The notes beneath the pieces are model-generated. The model was not told the DNA's origin. It did no database searches and worked only from the letters and a program-made list of their open reading frames with translations. From Candidatus Limnocylindrus sp. ZSMar2m-chloro-G89 (GTDB lineage: Bacteria > Chloroflexota > Limnocylindria > Limnocylindrales > Limnocylindraceae), in the NCBI GenBank assembly GCA_003670475.1, contig QWRJ01000005.1, positions 5,216 through 46,002 on the forward strand: 40,787 nt of DNA. Direction: 5' to 3'. This document shows positions 35,034 to 40,787 of the stretch, piece by piece (within the stretch, counting starts at the first letter, position 1; each line of letters opens with the position of its first letter). Both the position numbers and the translations under genes were made by a program.

Positions 35034-36587
35034 TTAGAGCAGCTCCCCGTGTGCGGCGGCGGTTGGCTCGCCCTCACGTGGGCGCTCCTCCGTGCCAGAT
35101 GGGAGATCCTGTGCGGCGGCGCTGGCGGTGAGCACCTTGAGTGGTGCGCCAACGCTCCCCTCAACGGCGCCGCCGATGCCGAGCGGCTGCCACTTGGATG
35201 GATCCTGCAGACGGTGCGCTTCAGTGTTACCGCGCGAGTGAATCTCGGCGTGGCCCTTTGGTTCGATCCACATCTCGTGACCGGCGAGCAGGCCGAAGAC
35301 GCCCTCTTGTCCTGGCTCTGGTCGTGCACCACGGCAGTCAACGCATTTCGATGCGTCGTGTCGCGTGTAGTACTCTGGCTCTTCGTATGTGCTGATGTAG
35401 CCCTCGTAGTTGCGCAGCACCACCTTGTGATCGCTGTATGAGATCAGGTAGTTCGGCATCACCGGGATCTTGCCGCCGCCGCCAGGCGAGTCGATCACAA
35501 ACGTAGGCACGGCATAACCGCTTGTATGTCCGCGCAGGCCTTCGATGATCTCTAGCCCCTTACCAACTGGCGTACGGAAGTGGCCAGAACCTTCAACAAG
35601 GTCGCACTGATAGATGTAGTACGGGCGGATGCGATTCTCTACGAGCTTATGCACCAGCTTGCGCATGATGTGCACGCAGTCGTTCACGCCAGCAAGAAGC
35701 ACCGACTGATTCCCAACAGGGATGCCAGCGCGCGTCAGCTTGTCAACGGCGCGTGAAACCTCTGGTGTGATCTCCTGCGCGTGATTGAAGTGCAGGTTCA
35801 TCCAGAGTGGGTGGTACTTCGCCATCATCTCGCAGAGTTCGTCGTCAATGCGCTGCGGCATGAAGACTGGAACACGCGAGCCGATACGGATGATCTCAAT
35901 GTGCGGAATGTCGCGCAGGCCGCGCAGGATCTTCTCAAAGAGTTTCGGCGCAAGGGTGAGCCCGTCGCCGCCGCTGATCAGTACGTCACGCACCTGCGGT
36001 GTGCGTCGCAGATAGTCGAGCTGCGCTTCGTGATCCTTTGAGTTGAAGTTCTGCGTTGGGTCGCCAACGATGCGCGAGCGTGTGCAGTAGCGGCAATACG
36101 ATGCGCACTGCGTGGTGACGAGCATCAGCACGCGATCTGGGTAGCGGTGCACAAGTCCCGGAACTGGCGAGTGGCGATCTTCGCCGAGTGAGTCTTCCAT
36201 CATCGCGGTGAACGCCTGCTGCTCAGAACCGACCGGAATCACCTGGCGGCGGATTGGATCGTTTGGATCCTTTGGATCAATGAGGCTGACGAAGTACGGC
36301 GTGATGTCAACGCGGAACTTCCCTTCGGCGGAGAGGCCTTCGCGCTCGTCGTCTGTTAGCTCAAGGATCTCGCCGATCTCTTCGAGCGTGTTGACGCGGT
36401 TGGAGAGCTGCCAGCGCCAGTCGTCCCACTGCTCGTTCGGGATGTCCTTCCACTTTGGGGCGCGACGGCTGCGGAGCGGGAGGCCGTCGGCGCCGAGCGC
36501 CTTTGCTGGATCGCGCGGATTTACCCATGCGGCATCGGCTGCGGCTACTGCTGCGGCGTTGCTCTTCAGGATCTCCGTTGCGTCCAT
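35034..36587 (-). CDS. kamA: Lysine 2,3-aminomutase (KamA family radical SAM/PLP enzyme)
   Basis: HRYPDRVL, CASYCRYCTR, SGGD, NQSVLL.GVND, PYYIYQCD, GGGGKIP, VLRNYEG; SD GAGGGGG before ATG 36587. Confidence 0.9.
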   Translation of the reverse strand: MDATEILKSNAAAVAAADAAWVNPRDPAKALGADGLPLRSRRAPKWKDIPNEQWDDWRWQLSNRVNTLEEIGEILELTDDEREGLSAEGKFRVDITPYFVSLIDPKDPNDPIRRQVIPVGSEQQAFTAMMEDSLGEDRHSPVPGLVHRYPDRVLMLVTTQCASYCRYCTRSRIVGDPTQNFNSKDHEAQLDYLRRTPQVRDVLISGGDGLTLAPKLFEKILRGLRDIPHIEIIRIGSRVPVFMPQRIDDELCEMMAKYHPLWMNLHFNHAQEITPEVSRAVDKLTRAGIPVGNQSVLLAGVNDCVHIMRKLVHKLVENRIRPYYIYQCDLVEGSGHFRTPVGKGLEIIEGLRGHTSGYAVPTFVIDSPGGGGKIPVMPNYLISYSDHKVVLRNYEGYISTYEEPEYYTRHDASKCVDCRGARPEPGQEGVFGLLAGHEMWIEPKGHAEIHSRGNTEAHRLQDPSKWQPLGIGGAVEGSVGAPLKVLTASAAAQDLPSGTEERPREGEPTAAAHGELL

Positions 36588-36702
36588 CTCGTCCCCCTCG
36601 CGGGTAGCCCAGGCCACGCCTGGTTGGATAGGGAGTATCCATCATGCATCAGGGTTTGGGTAGCCCCCGCCGCAAGGTTCGGGGGGCGCCGCCCTGGCGG
36701 GG

Positions 36703-37644
36703 TTAGGCGAGGAGCGAGAGCGCCGCAGGGAGCACGGAGAAGCGTGCGGGGAGGGCGCCGACCAGCTCGCCGTCGGCCTCAATTTCGATCTCGCGTGCAT
36801 CAGGGCCACCAAGGGGCGCCGCCTCAACCGCAGCGCCGCGCGCATGCGTCACCTGCGGGTGTGAATAGTGCGTTCCTCGATAGAGGCGCGGCAGGCTGAT
36901 CACAAAGTCGCGTCGGGCAAGGTTGCCGAATCGCACCACCTCAAGTAGCCCGTCATCAAGGCGCGCAGTAGGGGCAACGTGCATTCCGCCGCCGAACCAG
37001 CCGCCGTTGGCAATCGCAACCGCCGCCGTTGGCCCACGCTCCGCCGCAGCAAGATCCACGCGCAGCTCCATCTCGTCTGGCGCGTAGTGCAGGCCGGCAC
37101 GCACGGTGGCGAGCCCGAATGCAACAACACCTGCGCGGCGCTTCAGTTGCGGATACTCCTCCAGCGCATGCGCAATCTGCGCGCTAATCCCAAACGATGC
37201 AACGTTCAAAAAAAGCCGATCAACACCACCCGCAAGGTGCACCACGCCAACATCCACCCGACGCGCCGCGGCGCCAAGCGCGAGCACACGCGCAGCCTGC
37301 ACAGGATCGCGGGAGATACCAGCAGATCGCGCGTAATCGCGACCCGTTCCTGCTGGCAACAGCCCGAGCGCAACGCGCCCGAGCACCTCCACGCCACCCG
37401 CCGCATAGATGCCGTTCACCGCTTGACTTGACGAACCGTCGCCACCGAGCACCAAGATGCGCGTTGCGCCAGCACGAACCGCCTCAAACGCTGCGCGCTC
37501 CGCCGGACGCTCCAGGCCAGGCTGCGTGACAAAGACATCAAACGGACGAAGTGGCGCAAGCTCCTCAAGAACACGGTCGAGCGCACGCGCCGCGCGTCCG
37601 CCGCCTGCGGCGGGATTAACGATGAGTAGCGTCTGTGAAGACAC
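36703..37644 (-). CDS. Diacylglycerol/lipid kinase family (YegS/DagK-like)
   Basis: IVNPAAGGG, GGDGS, LPAGTGRDYAR, FLNVASFG, FGGGM, DDGLL, EADGE; GTG start at 37644. Confidence 0.88.
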   Translation of the reverse strand: MSSQTLLIVNPAAGGGRAARALDRVLEELAPLRPFDVFVTQPGLERPAERAAFEAVRAGATRILVLGGDGSSSQAVNGIYAAGGVEVLGRVALGLLPAGTGRDYARSAGISRDPVQAARVLALGAAARRVDVGVVHLAGGVDRLFLNVASFGISAQIAHALEEYPQLKRRAGVVAFGLATVRAGLHYAPDEMELRVDLAAAERGPTAAVAIANGGWFGGGMHVAPTARLDDGLLEVVRFGNLARRDFVISLPRLYRGTHYSHPQVTHARGAAVEAAPLGGPDAREIEIEADGELVGALPARFSVLPAALSLLA

Positions 37645-37654
37645 GCGAGCGCGG

Positions 37655-38779
37655 CTAGCGCGCCACGAGGAAGCCGCGGCCGATCGGATCGTTCTCGTCA
37701 AGGATGAAGCGGGCGCTGCCGGTCATGTGCGCGCTGCCGCGCACCTCGGGGATCACCGCATCGCGATTCGCCCAACGTTCGCTGCGCAGAACGCGGCCGT
37801 GGAAGAGTGAGTCGCGGCCAAGAATTGATTCAATCGCGATCTCTTCTCCAGTGGCAACAAGACCGCGCGTGTGTAAAACGGCGAGTCGCGCCGAGACGCC
37901 AGAACCGGTTGGTGAACGATCCACCTCACCTTCAGCGAAGAGGCAGAGGTTGCGCGAGTGGTGCGACGCATCTTCTGGCGGGCCGTCAATGATGGTGCCG
38001 TACAGGAAGGAGAGATCGTCTGACTCGGGGTGCTTCACGCCGAGCGCATCAGCGAGTGCGCCACCTGCACGAAGTGCGGCGCGACCGGCGCTAGTGATGG
38101 CGCGACCGGCGGCGGCGATCTGCGCCGCGTTTGCAGCGCTCATCTCTAGTCCGAGTGATGCAGCGCTGATCAGCGCATAAAATGCGCCGCCGTATCCAAC
38201 GTCTACCGTGACGCGACCGAGCCCTGGAACATCGAGCGGCACGTCAAGCGCAGCGGCGAACGACGGCACGTTCTCAAAGCGCACCTCGCGCACGCGCGGC
38301 GTTCGTCCAGCGGCGCGCGCCAAATTGAGTTCCGCTGCGTCAACGAGCGCCGTGGCGCGCACTAAGCCGCACGGCGCGTCAATGCCGATCGGCGTTTCGG
38401 TGCCCACGGCAGGAACGGCTCCCGTTTCAATAAGTGCGGTGGCGAGTGCAATGGTGCCGTGCCCACACATTGTGGAGTAGCCCTCGTTATGCATGAAGAG
38501 GACGCCAACCTGCGCCTCGGCGTGATCTGGCGGCACCAGGATGCCGCCGTACATGTCTGCATGGCCGCGCGGCTCCCACATCAGTAGTTTGCGCAGATCG
38601 TCGTGCTGTTCGAGTGCGGCTCGGCGCCGTTCAAGAATGTTGCGCCCAGGAAGCTCTGGATAGCCGGAGACCACGATGCGGAAGGGTTCCCCAGCGGTGT
38701 GATAGTCGAGCACCTCAATGGCGCGACCGCTCGCGGCGGGCGGCGCGCTCAGGTTCAGGCGGAGTGGCTGTGAACTCAT
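37655..38779 (-). CDS. Proline racemase family, Cys/Thr type: probable trans-3-hydroxy-L-proline dehydratase
   Basis: HTAGEPFRI, EPRGHADMYG, STMCGHG (Cys), DRSPTGSG (Thr in place of the second Cys). Confidence 0.88.
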   Translation of the reverse strand: MSSQPLRLNLSAPPAASGRAIEVLDYHTAGEPFRIVVSGYPELPGRNILERRRAALEQHDDLRKLLMWEPRGHADMYGGILVPPDHAEAQVGVLFMHNEGYSTMCGHGTIALATALIETGAVPAVGTETPIGIDAPCGLVRATALVDAAELNLARAAGRTPRVREVRFENVPSFAAALDVPLDVPGLGRVTVDVGYGGAFYALISAASLGLEMSAANAAQIAAAGRAITSAGRAALRAGGALADALGVKHPESDDLSFLYGTIIDGPPEDASHHSRNLCLFAEGEVDRSPTGSGVSARLAVLHTRGLVATGEEIAIESILGRDSLFHGRVLRSERWANRDAVIPEVRGSAHMTGSARFILDENDPIGRGFLVAR

Positions 38780-39762
38780 CGTGGCAGCAGCGTACCCACT
38801 CCGCGCTCCTCTGCGGCGGTGAGTATCGCGTCTGCCAGCACCAGGTCACAGGCGGAGATGCCGAGGTGATTCACGAGCGTCGTCACGGTACCAGACGGCG
38901 CGGCGCCACCAAGCAGCTCACCGATCTGCGCATCTGCGGCAGGCCAGGCGCCAGTCAACGCACTCCCCAACTTCCCCGCCGCGCGCGTGGAATCAAACTG
39001 CGCCGCGCTGTCGGTGATCACGCGCACTGCTCCGCGCGCACGAAGTGCCGCAACGAGTGCGCCGCTGATGGTTGCGGCGTAATCAATCACGAGCAGCGTT
39101 GCGCCAGGCGTGATGGAGTCCAGCGCAATCTCGCGTGGCGCAGTATCAAACGCCACCGCCGTCACGATGATGTCAGCGCCGCGCATTGCATCATCAATAG
39201 ATGAAGCAACACGATCGCCCGGCAGAAGCGGAAGTTCACTTGCCGCACGGCGTGAGTAGAAGGCGGCTTGCGCACCAGGGGCCAGCAGTTGCAGCACGGC
39301 ACGATGCGTCACCGCCTGCACCCCGCCACCGATGATTGCAGCCGAGAGCGCGCCACCTGCACGAGCGCGATCCGTTGTTGGCGGCGCCACACGGAGCCCA
39401 GCGCCAGAGACTGCCGCAGTACGCGCCGCGGTGAGCGCCGCTGCGGCAACGATCCCGCGCAGGCCGCTCGCCCCTGGTCGCTCCACCAGCACCACGCCGC
39501 CGATCGGCGCGCCACCGCCACCGCTGATCCACTTCGCGCCAGCAACACGTCCACCAGCATCGCCAAGATCAATCGCCGCGGGCATCGCATGCGCAAATGG
39601 TGCGCCGCCACCAAGATCGAGCGGCACCTTCGGCGGCTGATGCGCAACACCACGCACCACGTCGCGGAGCGCACGCTCCACGAGCGTGATCTGCTCTCCT
39701 ATAGAAGGAAGGAGTGACGCAACATCCGCTTCACTTAGATAGCGAATGCTTGTGGCGGTCAC
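38776..39762 (-). CDS. Ornithine cyclodeaminase/mu-crystallin family, probable delta1-pyrroline-2-carboxylate reductase
   Basis: HAMPA, AKWIS, LTAARTAAVS, IGGGVQA, ADIIVTA, GISACD; ATGA-coupled to the dehydratase. Confidence 0.75.
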   Translation of the reverse strand: MTATSIRYLSEADVASLLPSIGEQITLVERALRDVVRGVAHQPPKVPLDLGGGAPFAHAMPAAIDLGDAGGRVAGAKWISGGGGAPIGGVVLVERPGASGLRGIVAAAALTAARTAAVSGAGLRVAPPTTDRARAGGALSAAIIGGGVQAVTHRAVLQLLAPGAQAAFYSRRAASELPLLPGDRVASSIDDAMRGADIIVTAVAFDTAPREIALDSITPGATLLVIDYAATISGALVAALRARGAVRVITDSAAQFDSTRAAGKLGSALTGAWPAADAQIGELLGGAAPSGTVTTLVNHLGISACDLVLADAILTAAEERGVGTLLPR

Positions 39763-39837
39763 GAACTGGTCTTTTGGGCGAGCCCCCAGCAGTGGCCGCT
39801 CGGATTAGTGAAAAACCCGTTCGACAAGAGTGACGCG

Positions 39838-40296
39838 CTAGACACGCCGCTTTCCCCCACGTTCAACCAGTGAAAGGAGCAAGAGCAGAAGGACCACGAT
39901 AAACGCCGGTGTGTTGAGGGCGGCGCCTGGCGGCGTCCCAACGGCGGTGACGGGCGCGATCGTCCCTGCGACTTCTCGCATCACAGGATCGGCAAGGAGC
40001 GTCAGCAAGACAAGTGGTGTGAAGCCGGGATACCGGAAGAAGATGACAAGGAGCAGCACGGCAAGGATGAGCTGGATTGCACCCCACTGATGAAAGAGGG
40101 CAACGATGTTGCTGCCGCCAGCAACGCTGATGTCTATGCCAGCGATGCTCTGCGCCCCGCCATCGGCCGAAAAGAGATGAATGCAGCTCCGCACAACGAC
40201 CGGCAGCAAGACGAGCAGCGTAAGGGGGCGAACAAGGCGGATCCCAACATACGCGTGTGGGTTCTGAGGGAGGAGGCTGCGCAGGTTGAACTTCAT
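39838..40296 (-). CDS. Hypothetical membrane protein (4 TM)
   Basis: RSCIHLF..DGGAQSIAGI, LFHQWG, TPPG; ATGA overlap with ychF. Confidence 0.75.
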   Translation of the reverse strand: MKFNLRSLLPQNPHAYVGIRLVRPLTLLVLLPVVVRSCIHLFSADGGAQSIAGIDISVAGGSNIVALFHQWGAIQLILAVLLLVIFFRYPGFTPLVLLTLLADPVMREVAGTIAPVTAVGTPPGAALNTPAFIVVLLLLLLSLVERGGKRRV

Positions 40297-40787
40297 ACGT
40301 TGAAGCGGAACTCCACCACGTCGCCGTCGCGCATGATGTATTCCTTCCCCTCCATGCGCACCTTGCCGGCCGCCTTGGCGGCGTTCATGGAACCTGCACT
40401 AATTAAGTCGTCAAACGAAACGATCTCCGCCTTGATGAAGCCGCGCTGGAAGTCGGTGTGGATCACGCCCGCCGCCTGTGGTGCGGTCCAGCCCTTATGG
40501 ATAGTCCAGGCGCGCGCCTCTTTTGGTCCGGCGGTGAGATAGGTCTGCAGGCCGAGTGCGCCGAAGCCGATGCGCGCCAACTGGTGGAGACCTGATTCGT
40601 TCTGGCCCATGGAGGCGAGTAGCTCGGCCGCTTCGCTCTCGGACATGTCCACGAGTTCCGATTCAATCTTGGCGTCCAGGAAGACCGCCTCCGCCGGCGC
40701 CACGAGCGCGGCGAGTTCGGCGCGCTTCGCCGCGGATGTCAGCACCGCTTCGTCCACGTTGAAGACGTAGATGATCGGCTTCGCGGT
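40293..40787 (-). CDS. ychF: Redox-regulated ATPase YchF, C-terminal part (truncated by window edge)
   Basis: TAKPIIYVFNVDE, TYLTAGPKEARAWTI, AAGVIHTDFQRGFIKAE, EGKEYIMRDGDVVEFRFNV. Confidence 0.96.
   Translation of the reverse strand, partial: TAKPIIYVFNVDEAVLTSAAKRAELAALVAPAEAVFLDAKIESELVDMSESEAAELLASMGQNESGLHQLARIGFGALGLQTYLTAGPKEARAWTIHKGWTAPQAAGVIHTDFQRGFIKAEIVSFDDLISAGSMNAAKAAGKVRMEGKEYIMRDGDVVEFRFNV

Noticed and set aside
35034-36587. EF-P beta-lysylation enzyme EpmB
   Set aside because: At 517 aa with a C-terminal Cys motif it fits a true KamA, and no efp or epmA is nearby.
40285-40310. TTCAAC repeated at the ychF 3' end as an integration scar
   Set aside because: Only 6 nt, with no integrase or second att copy in the window.
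1-40787. Many long overlapping ORFs in the track (e.g. 1630-2424 +, 13723-14574 +, 27010-27774 +, 34455-35441 +)
   Set aside because: They are antisense or alternate-frame shadows of well-supported genes in GC-rich DNA, often Arg/Ser/Pro-rich and without recognisable motifs.
1-40787. CRISPR arrays, tRNA/rRNA, IS elements, prophage or defence systems, including reading the E1-Ubl-JAB trio as CBASS or Bil-like
   Set aside because: No spaced repeats, cloverleafs, transposases or integrases were seen. The E1-Ubl-JAB genes flank a cysteine synthase and lack an E2 or cyclase, which fits sulfur metabolism.

Overview
Gene-dense, GC-rich bacterial chromosome segment of about 50 CDS, mostly on the minus strand and often overlapping by 1-4 nt. 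Protein style suggests a streamlined Chloroflexota such as Limnocylindria (inference only). I saw no tRNA, rRNA, CRISPR, IS or phage genes. Main blocks: (1) rmuC plus two small membrane ORFs missing from the ORF track; (2) PLP dehydratase, GNAT, EamA; (3) iscA, LON-N protein, DNA ligase, class V aminotransferase; (4) thiolase divergent from a LolA-like and an SRPBCC protein; (5) rbsK-udp and icd, divergent from a queuosine salvage pair (QNG1/DUF2419 and VUT); (6) SIS-nagA; (7) gcvP under a tandem glycine riboswitch; (8) a sulfur cluster: Rrf2-sufC-sufS-sufU, then DUF4395-moeZ-cysO-cysM-mec; (9) SufT-PduO, a phycobiliprotein-like orphan and KamA; (10) trans-3-hydroxyproline catabolism and a partial ychF. 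Best candidates for undescribed biology: a leaderless 30-aa single-Cys leader ORF with mutually exclusive RNA helices ahead of the cysteine-synthesis operon, a long hairpin burying the start codon of the hydroxyproline operon, a LON-N gene with no canonical start codon, and widespread leaderless (TAnnnT-N6-ATG) gene starts. All family calls come from motif recognition by eye; no database searches were run.
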